Assembly: GCA_011109175.1 (NCBI GenBank)
Contig: RDEW01000022.1
Location: 880,023-944,022, forward strand
Source: Dicyema japonicum
Lineage: Eukaryota; Animalia; Dicyemida
Length of the DNA: 64,000 nt
Direction: 5' to 3'
The notes beneath the pieces were generated by a model. It searched no databases and was not told the DNA's origin. It saw nothing but the letters and a program-made list of their open reading frames with translations. The position numbers and the translations under genes are program-made. Below, one piece after another: positions 1-12,067 of the stretch. Position 1 is the first letter of the stretch, and every line of letters starts with the position of its first letter.

Positions 1-170
1 TCTACGAGTAAGTCGCCTAAGGAGGCATCAGACGCTTACTCACTAGAGATTCTTAAAGTAAATTTACTGCGCTACCTCGGCATAGTAATCGACAGGAATG
101 GTTCCTTCATGGAGGACATTAGACGAAGAAGGAAGAAGGCGCTTAAGCACTCTTATGTACAAGAAAGTTG
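1..170 (+). mobile_element. Non-LTR retrotransposon RT C-terminal fragment
   Basis: Translates YLGIVIDRNGSFMEDIRRRRKKAL, resembling the YLG thumb motif of LINE reverse transcriptases. Confidence 0.5.
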
Positions 171-777
171 TTTGTAAGCCTGGAAACCTTCTTGTTCATC
201 TTCATGAGGATATCGTTAGACATCCAATTTGAGTAAACTACTACTCATTTCTATATTAGTGGTTTCATTATTTAATCAAGCAAAACTAATTTAAAATCTC
301 CCTATAACCTGTTGAGAGCGATTTTTAACCTGAAAACCTTTGAATTCATAAAGTCTCTAAATTTTTATTCGGAAACAGAAACGATAGCCATACAAAGCAG
401 TTACGAGACAATTTCCGTCTGCGAAGGTTTCGAAGTAATACTGCAATCGTATTCTGATTTCGGTGAGGACCCTTACATATTCTTTCAGTAGGTTTAGATG
501 TTTTGAAGGCGACTGAACAATACTTACTATTAATAAGCATTGTGAACTACAACTCCTTAGTTTGAAGTGAAATACCTTTTTGTTAGTAACGCATTGGCAC
601 TTCTTAATATTAATAAAAATATAATAATCAAAGAATGTCCAAAATTTTATAACTTTTAATTTTTTACGGTCAATAAAGTCAAAAAATTGATTTTTAAATA
701 AAATAACATCAATTATCATTTTACATACTATTCTGTCGAATGCAATCAAAAAATCATTGAAAAGGTTTAAATGCTGC

Positions 778-1442
778 GAAACTACACCTCAAATAGAATA
801 TGAAGTCTCTATTTAAAATATCTTTAACCCAACTCAGAATTTTTCATAAATGCTACATACCTATGATCTGGAGAAATCTACCATCATCCTTGTCTTCAAA
901 GCCAGCAAAGATCCTTCGTCTTACAAGCCTACTATTTATTTTCTCTCAGATGTATTGAAGATAACTGTTCTTTAACTAAATAAAGTGTGTGTCCTGCCTA
1001 TGCGGAGCATAAATATTATGGCTCTCGTGAAAAGGCTGTTATTATTTTCTATCACAACCGAAGGGAACTGAANAAGCATGTTCAGACGAGCCAAGAGCAT
1101 AACAACAAATCTCCAGTTCCCTCATCAATGGCCTAATCAAACATGATCGAAACTACACCTCAAATAGAATATGAAGTCTTCATTTAAAACATCTTTAACT
1201 CAACTCAGAATTCTTCATAAATGCTACATACCTATGATCTGGAGAAATCTATCATCATCCTTGTCTTCAAAGCAATCAAAGATCCTTCGTCTTACAAGCC
1301 TACTATTTATTATCTTTCAGATGTATTGAAGATAACTGTTATTTAACTAAATAAAGTGTGTGTCCTGCCTATGCGGAGCATAAATATTATGGCTCTCGTG
1401 AAAAGGCTGTTATTATTTTCTATCACAGCCGAAGGGAACTGA
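778..1442. repeat. About 295-bp near-identical direct duplication around a single N (1073); probable haplotype/contig-join artefact
   Basis: 778-1071 recurs at 1148-1442 with a few substitutions. Confidence 0.8.
961..1047 (+). mobile_element. 3' fragment of the tRNA-derived SINE (duplicate at about 1331-1417)
   Basis: taactgttc..taaataaagtgtgtgtcctgcctatgcggagc..ggctctcgtgaaaaggctgttattatt matches the 3' end of the SINE at 38545-38875. Confidence 0.8.
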
Positions 1443-1936
1443 ATAATTTAAAACGATATGAGACTAGATGATATAACCCTTTCAATTTCCCAGGTTAAAA
1501 AATAGGACGTTTCCACAAGCATGGAATAAGTTCTAGTTAATTGTAATTGGATCTTTCATTAACAATATTAAAGGAATAAAATAAACACACAAGCTATATC
1601 GTACACTCTTGAAGATAATAGTAATTAACTGAAGAATAATAAAACCGGTCAAAGATTCATGTTTTCTGTAACATCGTTTTCGACCTATTTTAGTTATTCC
1701 AAGAAATTTAATATAAATTACCCGCGCTTTTAATTTCAAGAGTAATTGAAAGAAATAGTAAAAAAAGTCGTCGATATAATCAGAAGTGCTGAAAAATATA
1801 ACCTTCCGCGGTAATGTCCACTGTTTTTGGAGCCTAATTTTGTTAATTTTTTATGAACATATCAGCATTGTTCAAATTGTTTTTTGGTTCAATTAATTTA
1901 AAAAAATAAAAAGCATGTAATTTTAGTGATTATTTT

Positions 1937-3367
1937 CTATACCATTTCAGGTTTAAAGTGGGTCTTACCAAAAGCAAAGTGGAACTTACCAAAAGCAAAG
2001 TGGAACTTACCAAAAGCAAAGTGGAACTTACCAAAAGCAAAGTGGTACTTACAAAAATCAAAGTGGAACAAAAAATATTTTTTTGTTATAGGATGTAGAT
2101 TAATTGCAATTGCAAAAGTGTCGAGATCANAAAGTGGTACTTACCAAAAGCAAAGTGGAACAAAAAATATTTTTTTGTTATAGGATGTAGATTAATTGCA
2201 ATTGCAAAAGTGTCGAGATCAATCGCAAAAGTGACGAAGCAACATGCAAAAGTGTCGAGATCAATTGCAAAAGTGACTAAGCAAAACCTATATATTTGCA
2301 TGTCTGCGCAAATATTTCATTTTTTATTTGTATGCCTGCGCAAATAAAAAAGTCTGAAGCTGCAATTAAGAAAAATCTTATTATCGGGGCTTATGAGGGA
2401 GATGGTGACTGGAGGGATCTTGCAAAATCTCTCGATGTTCCGAGAACTACTACTTATCGTTGGTTGAAAAAACAAAAACAAACCTGATCAGCGAGGTGGA
2501 TCAAAGGCAAAAAATATTTCTATAGATAAACATAAAGATTATTGTGTTGAACAGCTCGAAATTAACCCTAGGATTACTCTTGAGACCTTGAGAATTCTTT
2601 TAAATTTCAATTTCAGCTTAAATGTTTCAAAAAAAACCATTCGAGTCCACTTGGACGGTGCCTGTTATTTTTTGAAAGATATCAGGTATGAACCAGAGAA
2701 AGGCAATATTGAATTTCGCGAGGTGCCAATGTACATTTCATTTGTTGCATCGGGTCTCTTGGATTGTTGCATTATGAATTCAAACGTGGATCCTTTAATA
2801 AAAAATCCGCCCATGAATTTGTCTACGAAAAGCCAGAGAAGCTTACAATTTAGTAGTAGACAATGCTCCATGCCATTCAGGAATTGAAAAAATTGTCAGA
2901 GATAATGAATTTATCGGAAATAAAATTTTAAGATTGGGTCCCTATAACCCTATGATCAACCCAATTGAGAATATTTGGTCAGTTTTCAAAGCTGATGTAA
3001 AAAGACACATTGCTACAGATATGAAAAATATTTTGGATGGTGTGAAACAAGAAGCTTTGTCAACTACGGAGTTTTGACTTCAAAAGTTAGAAGAAAGTAT
3101 GATTAACTCATTATAATCACTCCATCTCTATGCAACACCGTAATTGCTAGAATTCAGAAGTTGGTCCCATCGGTGTTAAATAATGATGACATGGCTTATT
3201 AAATAATTTTATTGTTCCACTTTGCTTTTGGTAAGAACCACTTTGATTTTGGTAAGACCCACTTTGCTTTTGGTAAGTACCACTTTGCTTTTGGTAAGTA
3301 CCACTTTGCTTTTGGTAAGACCCACTTTGCTTTTGGTAAGACCCACTTTAAACCTGAAATGGTATAG
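1937..3367 (+). mobile_element. Tc1/IS630-type DNA transposon, internally deleted, with long TIRs containing 21-bp tandem subterminal repeats
   Basis: TIR CTATACCATTTCAGGTTTAAAGTGGGTCTTACC at both ends; (aaagtggaacttaccaaaagc)n arrays. Broken ORF with HTH (WRDLAKSLDVPRTTTYRW), DNAPCH and LGPYNPMINPIENIWSVFK motifs. Confidence 0.9.
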
Positions 3368-3551
3368 TATACTTTCCCTCTACCATTTACAGATGTTAAT
3401 TACATTCTTAAATTAACAGGCATTTGAGACAATGCAATTCCCCCCCGTTAAATTCATTCGAATATCAATGGCGTATGACATCAAATTCATTATAGACATG
3501 TAGCACTATGATCATTCTTTACGTCTCTAATCTTGTTTATGTTCGAAAGTA

Positions 3552-4198
3552 CCGTATTTGCATAAGTCGACTTTTTTGATCAAAAAATCGACCTAAAAAG
3601 TAAACGAATGAAATTCTCTGCGAAGTTCAAACTGCAAGTTGTAAACTTTGCCGAAAAAACTAACAACTGTGCTGCCTCAAAAAAGTTTGGCGTAATTGAG
3701 AAACTAGTAAGAGGTTGAAACACAACAAACACAGCTAGTAATGATGCCAAGAAACAAATGTGCTAGTAGAAAGAAAAGCTGCTAGTAGCCATCACTTGAA
3801 CAAGAACTTGTATGCTTGGTAGAGGAGCAACGAAAATGTGGGTTCGTCTTCATACGAAATATGATTCGACTGCGAGCTTTGGTTTGTGCCAAACAAAGCA
3901 AGATTACCGATATCAAAGGAACTATATGTTGGTGTTCACGATTTTTAAAGAGAAATTACTTTGTGCTACGACAATCGAAATCAGATGAGAAAAAAAAACA
4001 ATTTGACAAGTGAAATAGTGACGATAAAGACGAATTTTGAACTCTATGTAAGCACTTTATAATTTTTATTTATTGTTTCATTACTAAAAATAAATCACTT
4101 TCTAAGAATATTCATTGTTGTTAGTCTTTCTCGGCGCGTAATATCGCAGGGTTACAAAGTAAATAGTAGGAGGTCGACTTATACACCGGCAAATACGG
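3552..4198 (+). mobile_element. Non-autonomous pogo-family element with Brinker-type DNA-binding and CENP-B HTH remnants
   Basis: TA-flanked CCGTATTT...AAATACGG termini; MKFSAKFKLQVVNFAEKTNNCAASKKFGV remnant. Confidence 0.8.
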
Positions 4199-4364
4199 TA
4201 ATTTAATTAGACAATACAGCAGGCCTACATGTAGAGCAGGTAATTAATCATGTTAATCCAGACTGCAGTGCCATTAGGGACAGGAACAATGTACTTGCCA
4301 TTTGCGGAGTTTAATACTCTTATTTAAACTAACGTGATCGGTTTTATTTTTTTAAGCAGTTGTT

Positions 4365-4950
4365 GTAATTTCACTCGTGCAGTTCTCAAAACAATCCTCT
4401 GAACCAACTTCTTCCATCCACCTCGATCGTAAGACAGTTCTTCAAAATCGTCTCCACTTTTTAGATTTTTGTTCACAAGCTTTAGATCTCCATCAAGTGT
4501 TTCTGGTAGTGTAATACGCAGGCGTCCACTGACACATGGTCTCTGTCTAATGAAGTATCCTCCATTGCCATGTGTGCTGGAGCGCCCAAATCCATTCGTA
4601 AAATATGTCCAATTAGCCTCCTTCACATATCAACAATTTCGAGACTCAGTGGACCCTCACCACATCTCTTAAATCGTGATTTCTTGTTTATTCTTGCTGG
4701 CCAGTTCAGTCCTAGTATGGATCTAAGTTCTCTTGGTGAAGAGTCTAGTCTAAGATGTTCGGTTTTGGATTTCTACATGATGGATGAATTGTAAATTAGG
4801 ATCGGCTTGGCGAAGGCTTCATGCAGTCTCAAACGAAGTGATGTGCAGGATGGTTATTTGCCAATCCACTCTTTCTTCATCTTATCCATCGTTTCCCAAC
4901 CGAGTGCCTTCCTTCTGGCAATATCTTGTCTTTCTCCAAGTAAATAATTA
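4365..4950 (-). mobile_element. RTE-like LINE 3' fragment (inverted copy at about 12965-13790)
   Basis: RLIGHILRMD..GRLRITLPETLDGDLK..LEELSYDRGGWKKLV resembles the C-terminus of the LINE at 53053-56105. Confidence 0.75.
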
Positions 4951-6362
4951 ATTATTATTTAAAAGCAGTCTTAACATAACCAAAGAAGGTTATATTAACA
5001 AAAGACCCGTTTGTGCCACTGTTAAAAGCAAGACCCAAGATATGTTTTTTTGGGGATATAATTTTTGTTAATTAAATCAAAATTATTATAATTTAAATGA
5101 ATATATTTTTAATTTGAAAATGGCTCTTCCTACACATCCGGGCACTTTTCCTATGGATACTTGTCATGTCAAAAGAATGCGCTAAAACGCAGTCGGGACA
5201 CTGAGAAAAGATGCAGAGACTGTTAAGGAAGGCTGGGAACACCTGAGATTTTGTTTATTTTAGATATAAAGGTGGTTTTGATTCAATAAATTTAATCCTA
5301 AATTTAAAAAAAATATCCTGGTTAGCCAAATGAATGTCGCTGCTGTGCTCTTCTCTTCGATAGAATAATTCATTTCGAAAAACGAATGAATCGAATATAA
5401 TAGGTTGACAGGTTTCCTTAGATTTATGCAGAATAACTTGAACATTATCCTAATTCTTCAATTCAAGCTTTGCTCACACACGCGTTTCTCATAAGCATTA
5501 AGAATATGATCAGACAATATGGGACTATGACTATAAGGAATATCTTCAATTCACGGCGAATACTACAATATAATCCAAAATGGACCAATATAATTAGATT
5601 CCTAAACTACAATATTTCATACAACTCTTTTTGGAAGATTCCTAAACGGATCAAACACACCATACCTTAACAGAACACTCCATACCTAAAATGGTCTGGC
5701 CGCGTGGCGCCAGGTGGTACTATGTGGATTGTTGAAAAAAAAATATTTTCCTTCCCTCGGATAGCGTCATTGGATCCACCTTACCGAATAGATGTCTAAT
5801 TTTTCTCCGGAAACAAGAAGATAGAATGGAGTTTATGTACATTTACGTGAAAAACTTGGGGCTCTTGGCGTTATTTTGTTTTGTCGTGTTTATACAATTA
5901 CTCTGTGAACTCGCACGCTATCCCAAGTTAGGATCACATTAGTTAATGAGTACTACTCATAATCTCAGCCTCCTAATCCTCTTGAGATTGCCACTCAGTA
6001 ATTTATTTTGAAATATTTATATTTTGTTCGAATATTAGGTTGTGATCCTTAATTCTATAAAATTCCCCAAAAAATCTTGATTTTCTTACCTTTTTTTTGA
6101 TTTATTTAATTTATACTCATTTTTGTAAATTCAATTGGGGGCAACCGGCGGCTAAAAGAAACATAATTCCGAATGCTGACACTACAAAAGATCAATCAGT
6201 GTTAAATTGAAGTGAAACTGTACCACGAACCTGTCACTTGCTAGTAAAGAAATCTCCTTTCTACTGCAGCGGGAGATTGACCTCTTTCCCTACGAGCACC
6301 TATCATATAATTTGTTTGGTTGTGATTATCGTAATTGCACCAGGGTACAATCCCAGACTTTT

Positions 6363-6662
6363 ATGATCAAGTGACATTGTTACAGATACTTGTGTCCCTA
6401 GATTATTACTGATGGAAAACATCAGTGTTTACTACTCAATATGGAATTATTAGCTATTCATCATATACTAGGGAGATTTTTTGACTTTTAAATTGGAAAT
6501 TTTGATCTAACAATATGATCAAGTGACATTGTTACAGATACTTGTGTCCCTAGATTATTACTGATGGAAAACATCAGTGTTTACTACTCAATAGGGAATT
6601 ATTAGCTATTCATCATATACTAGGGAGATTTTTTGACTTTTAAATTGGAAATTTTTATCTAA
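6363..6662. repeat. Tandem duplication of about 150 bp; diverged inverted copy near 19800-20035
   Basis: atgatcaagtgacattgttacagatacttgtgtccctag... occurs twice in tandem. Confidence 0.85.
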
Positions 6663-8029
6663 AAAATTAAATTTATTAACTTTAAAAATTTTAATTTTGA
6701 AATTTCGACCTTTTTGAATTTAAGTTAAATTTATCTAAAATTTTTGTTTAATATAAAAAAGCTAATTAAAATCTTTATTAAATTACATAATAATATAATT
6801 CTAAACCTTTTCGGGTTTAAAATTTCGGTCTTTAGATAATAATTTTCACAATAAAGAAAAACTTATCTCAACAGATGTGTATGTACACTTTTTAAGATAG
6901 TTTTATACATTTGGAGAAATATGTTGTTTTTCCATTTTTGTACTAGAAAGAACTTAATTTACAAATAATCTTGTTTTAAATACTTCCCGATTCCACATAA
7001 ATCGTCCCTAAATGCAATTTCTTAATGTCTTCAACAGCGTCTTTCATAGTAAATTAAGTTTCTTATGCTTTCTTAATCAGTATACATGTACCTAATATTG
7101 CCATAATAATGATAATAAATTTGTCAGTAATTCACTTTGACAAACCGCTTTTATACGTTACATATTCAAATTCTTGTATAAAAACTTCAATACCTGTGCG
7201 TAGCTACCATGTATTTGGCAGTATCCGAAACCATTAATGCAAAATTATCGCGATCTCTTGCAATTCCCTAAGCACATCGTTAAATATCTGACATACGATC
7301 GACAAGCTAGCTGCAAAAGACATGGACAACAAGATATAAAAATATTTTTTTGTGGATCAAAAATTCTATCATTAAGTGAATTGACATATTTTGTCACCAG
7401 ATATTTGTTTCGAAAATCAAAACAAAAATATTTTAAGATCTATAATGAATACAAAAAAAACCTCAAAATTAGATTTATTCTGTAAAGCTGGTTATTACAT
7501 AAATTTTCTACACTTTTTCGACAAGCGTAAGTAGAAGGAAGATTATTACAATACTCTCAAACAAGTTTCGTAAGCGATTACAGTTCAACTTAGACAATGC
7601 ATTATCGGATTCGACATACGCTGTAGTGACTTTATCGACCCATGTGTCCGCTATGAGACAAGAAAATCAATGGGTTTTGTAGCATCAAGCACACAGTCGA
7701 CTTTTTCCATAAACTTTTAAGGAACTGGAAGACAATTAATACGCTCTTAAAGAAATCGAGGTAAGTCATTTTCTAAAAGTTTTCCTGTCTAAATACAGCC
7801 TCTCTTTAATTGCATGTTTGAGGTGCAACTTGAGTGACGAAAGCAGTTGCCGTATTTGTCAAATTTATAAGGTCCAATATTAAATAATGTTATATAATAG
7901 TTATATAGAGAAATTGCTTATTCAATTATTGCATGAAATAAGTTAGCAGAATATAACTTAGTTATTGAAAACATGGATATTCTCTTTTTAACATTTTCAA
8001 GTATAGTCTACATAACTATGTTTTTTAAT

Positions 8030-8320
8030 TGTACCAGAACACAATATACAACACATTGAAAACTTTTTAATTGAACTACAACTGAAACTATTAAAGGAAG
8101 CTATTCTACCGAGCTGCCCTCTATTCCAAATATTATGGAATTATTTACAATCATTCAGAAAATTTGAGCCGATGTCATGTCCAATGAGAAGAGCTGCTCA
8201 TGATTCTCGAAACCGCCGGACTAGTCCTCTTTTTTGTCGGTCTGGGATCACTTAGTTTTGATAAGAACTTTTATTTCTCTCTCCTTGACTCATTAATCTG
8301 AGGGGAATAATAATAATAAA
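8030..8320 (+). mobile_element. LINE 3'-end fragment with (TAA)n tail; related pieces at 10570-10900 (-), 16940-17085 (-) and 17085-17420 (+)
   Basis: Shared IEN.LIELQLKLLKEAILPSCPLFQIL; YASPSW motif in the longer copies; (taa)n tail at about 8306-8320. Confidence 0.65.
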
Positions 8321-9757
8321 TTGAGCCGCACTTGCTTGTGGAGGTTACGGATAGACCCGCATACTTTCTATCCGTGGGATAAACCATCGAGAAAGATCAA
8401 AGAAGAATCCTGTAGCAAATCTACTTTCAACTTTCTACCTCTTAGATATATCTTATTCTACCATCTATCTCCTGACTAGCTTGATGATATTATGTTCAAC
8501 TCATTCGAGACAATCAATGTGGAGCACCAACAATCTCATTTTTATCCTACATGTTAGTAAGATCCTTGTAGCAGACTAAATTGAATTGATGAATAGTCCA
8601 CAAAATAGTCCTTAAATATCCAGTAGTTAATCAATTGCCAAATAAATGCCAACAGCTATTAGGCAAACCTTCGAATTAGATTGAGAGAATAGAAGGTAGA
8701 CATTTACAGTTTTTTCCTCCTCCATACATACTTAAAACTACCTGGTTATGGATTTCATGATCTAACTATTCCGTATTAGATCAATCAAATATAAAATCAC
8801 AACCTTCAAACTCTTTTGTTGAAATAACATTTTTTTCTGTAATTTAATGATTTGAATCTGAACAAAAATTAAGATAAATAATAGATTTAGGTCAGCATAA
8901 ACTACTTATTCTTGTCAAATCTTATTAAATATCTGAATATCCGATAGAAACAATCAATTTTCGATACTATGAGATATGATCATCCGCACGTCAGTGCTCT
9001 TGAAACTGAGCATCATAGGTAGGGCTTTTATGTTTTTCTTGAAACTCATGCAATGTCAATAATTTAATAAAAAAATACATAAAATAGGTCAACCAAATAA
9101 ATTTTAGCAAAAAGATAATGCATATATACTTAATTATGTTTTTCACTGAAAGGAACTAAAACTTACAAAATTCAATATATTTTTAATGGTGAAATGAATC
9201 CGCATTGAATAATGATTTGGAGATCTGAGGAAAATAACAACAAATAACAAAATCTACTGTCTTCTTATGTACAATTTACTGATGATGACATGGTAAATAA
9301 AGACANAAAATACATAAAATAGGTCAACCAAATGAATTTTAGCAAAAAGATAATGCATATATACTTAATTATGTTTTTCACTGAAAGGAACTAAAACTTG
9401 CAAAATTCAATATGTTTTTAATGGTGAAATGAATCCGCATTGAATAATGATTTTGGAGATCTGAGGAAAATAACAACAACTAACAAAATCTACTGTCTTC
9501 TTATGTACAACGTACTGATGATGACTGGGTAAATAAAGACACCACAGAAGAGTCCAGACCTTCGATGCTGGGTCATTTTATTTCAACTATTTTGATTATT
9601 ATTGTTATTAAAACTCAAAAATCAACGATAAATTAAATAACTACATAGCCATCAGGTGATTTTGGCCGCCTCGAGTAGCCATCTCATTCTTGGTCGGTGT
9701 TCTTCCCGGGTTCAAACGCATTTCTAGATTGGGCAGGGGTTTCTAATTTTTTCGAAA

Positions 9758-10568
9758 NNNNNNNNNNNNNNNNNNNNNNNNNNNNNNNNNNNNNNNNNNN
9801 NNNNNNNNNNNNNNNNNNNNNNNNNNNNNNNNNNNNNNNNNNNNNNNNNNNNNNNNNNNNNNNNNNNNNNNNNNNNNNNNNNNNNNNNNNNNNNNNNNNN
9901 NNNNNNNNNNNNNNNNNNNNNNNNNNNNNNNNNNNNNNNNNNNNNNNNNNNNNNNNNNNNNNNNNNNNNNNNNNNNNNNNNNNNNNNNNNNNNNNNNNNN
10001 NNNNNNNNNNNNNNNNNNNNNNNNNNNNNNNNNNNNNNNNNNNNNNNNNNNNNNNNNNNNNNNNNNNNNNNNNNNNNNNNNNNNNNNNNNNNNNNNNNNN
10101 NNNNNNNNNNNNNNNNNNNNNNNNNNNNNNNNNNNNNNNNNNNNNNNNNNNNNNNNNNNNNNNNNNNNNNNNNNNNNNNNNNNNNNNNNNNNNNNNNNNN
10201 NNNNNNNNNNNNNNNNNNNNNNNNNNNNNNNNNNNNNNNNNNNNNNNNNNNNNNNNNNNNNNNNNNNNNNNNNNNNNNNNNNNNNNNNNNNNNNNNNNNN
10301 NNNNNNNNNNNNNNNNNNNNNNNNNNNNNNNNNNNNNNNNNNNNNNNNNNNNNNNNNNNNNNNNNNNNNNNNNNNNNNNNNNNNNNNNNNNNNNNNNNNN
10401 NNNNNNNNNNNNNNNNNNNNNNNNNNNNNNNNNNNNNNNNNNNNNNNNNNNNNNNNNNNNNNNNNNNNNNNNNNNNNNNNNNNNNNNNNNNNNNNNNNNN
10501 NNNNNNNNNNNNNNNNNNNNNNNNNNNNNNNNNNNNNNNNNNNNNNNNNNNNNNNNNNNNNNNNNNNN
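9758..10568. other. Assembly gap (N run); second gap at 23389-23543
   Basis: Run of N characters. Confidence 1.
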
Positions 10569-11129
10569 ATGATTGTAAATAATTTGATAATATTTGGAAT
10601 AGAGGGCAGCTCGGTAGAATAGCTTCCTTTAATAGTTTCAGTTGTAGTTCAATTAAATAGTTTTCAATGTGTTGTATATTGTGTTCTGGTACAATTAACT
10701 TTATTGCAGTCTTCTCAATTGCAGATAATTTTAATGAGGAAGATCGTGATATTTGCATTTCCCATGAAGGACTTGCATATTTCATCGTTGGTCGATTAAA
10801 TTGTCCATAACTTGTCAATGTGAACCTATTTGATCTTCAAGTTTTTTTGAGAACACTTTTAAAATTCTCATTTTTTCCAGAGCAGAAGTTACTATGTTTT
10901 CATATATGTCGGATAAAGGTGAATCCCTAATCAAAGGTCACATCCATATTTCAACTTGTCGTTTAAAGTGTAATTCCAGATAAGCTCTCTTTGTGTTTGA
11001 ATAACAAAATGTTATAAATGTTCTTTGTGTCTATAGATTCAAAAGGGCCAAAAAAGTTAAGGTTGCCAATATTGAGGCTCTATTATGTAACCATCAAAAT
11101 TAAGAAGAAGCAATAGCTGTACATTATTC

Positions 11130-12030
11130 GAGGATGGACTTTCGTAAGTATAACTGTTGTTTTGAATTAAATCGAAGTAGATTTTTCTGAACCTATCAGC
11201 AAGCAATGAAATTACGATACATGGTTTCGATGAAGAGGATTGTATGTCGTTCTTGAAAAAAGTATGGTCTAAAAGAAAATAGATTCACGTGTCATTTGAC
11301 AGTGTTGGTAAAGTAAATCTGGTATTGAAAACATGTTGCTAGAGTTCACAAATGAGTTTATCCTATATTTTATTAAATGGCTCCCTGATTGGAAGGCGTG
11401 TGGATGCGATGGTTCATATAAGTTCTTTATTAAGAAAATGGAATCTTTACATAGCTTTTTATGTATTGAGATTAACCGAATTATTAATAGGGAATATATG
11501 TCTGAACGTTGGTTTTATACTGGAATAACATATTTAATTCCTAAAAAGGATGATTGTGAGACTCCCAAAGACTTACGTTTTATAACGTGTATGCCAACAT
11601 TATATAAACTTATTACCAAATGTGTTAATGCCAAACTCTCAGATTTTGTGGATTCGTTTGACCTATTATCTGACAACAATAAGGTGGGAACATGGAAACA
11701 TTGTCAGTGCGCTAAGGAACAGACCCTTATTAATCAATGCTTGAATAATGAGTGTAAGTACACCCTTTATTCTGCTTGGGTTGATGTGAAGAAGGCCTTT
11801 GATCCTGTTGACCATGAATTTTTATTTCATGTATCGGAAAACCCCGTTCGACTGTTCAGGAAAACACCGTTGGATTGTTAACTTTGTAAAGACCATAGTC
11901 AAGAAGTGGAATGTAAATCTCCACTTAGATGGAAGAAGAATTGGTTATGTGATATTGGGACGTGGAATTCTGCGAGGAGATTCATTATCCCTCAACTATT
12001 TGTTATGGTAATGGAATCCTTGAGCAGTAC
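11130..12030 (+). mobile_element. Degenerate R4/NeSL-like non-LTR retrotransposon RT fragment
   Basis: WKACGCDG, GITYLIPK..RFITCMPTLYK, WVDVKKAFDPVDH and RGILRGDSLS RT motifs with frameshifts. Confidence 0.8.
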
Positions 12031-12067
12031 CCTTACTCTATGTTCCCAAGACTCCAAAGACTCCAAA

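Larger units (their letters stand above)
3365..5822. repeat. Left arm of a roughly 2.5-kb inverted duplication (right arm 12068-14959)
   Basis: Reverse-complement match throughout, e.g. paired ORFs 5470-5670/12218-12418, 4570-4794/13116-13340 and 3816-4013/14136-14333. Confidence 0.95.

Noticed and set aside
1975-2060. 21-bp tandem repeats (and inverse at 3218-3350) resembling a CRISPR array or repeat protein (LPKAKWN)n
   Set aside because: No spacers and no cas genes; the repeats are mirrored at both ends of a Tc1 element as subterminal repeats
9074-9540. Tandem duplications centred on a single N (also at 1073, 2130, 13549, 18155, 21942)
   Set aside because: Repeated pattern of slightly different copies on either side of a 1-N join indicates unmerged contig overlaps or haplotypes, not biology
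9697-10818. Long ORFs of 291 and 364 aa (also 23330-23818)
   Set aside because: They are open only because they run through N gaps
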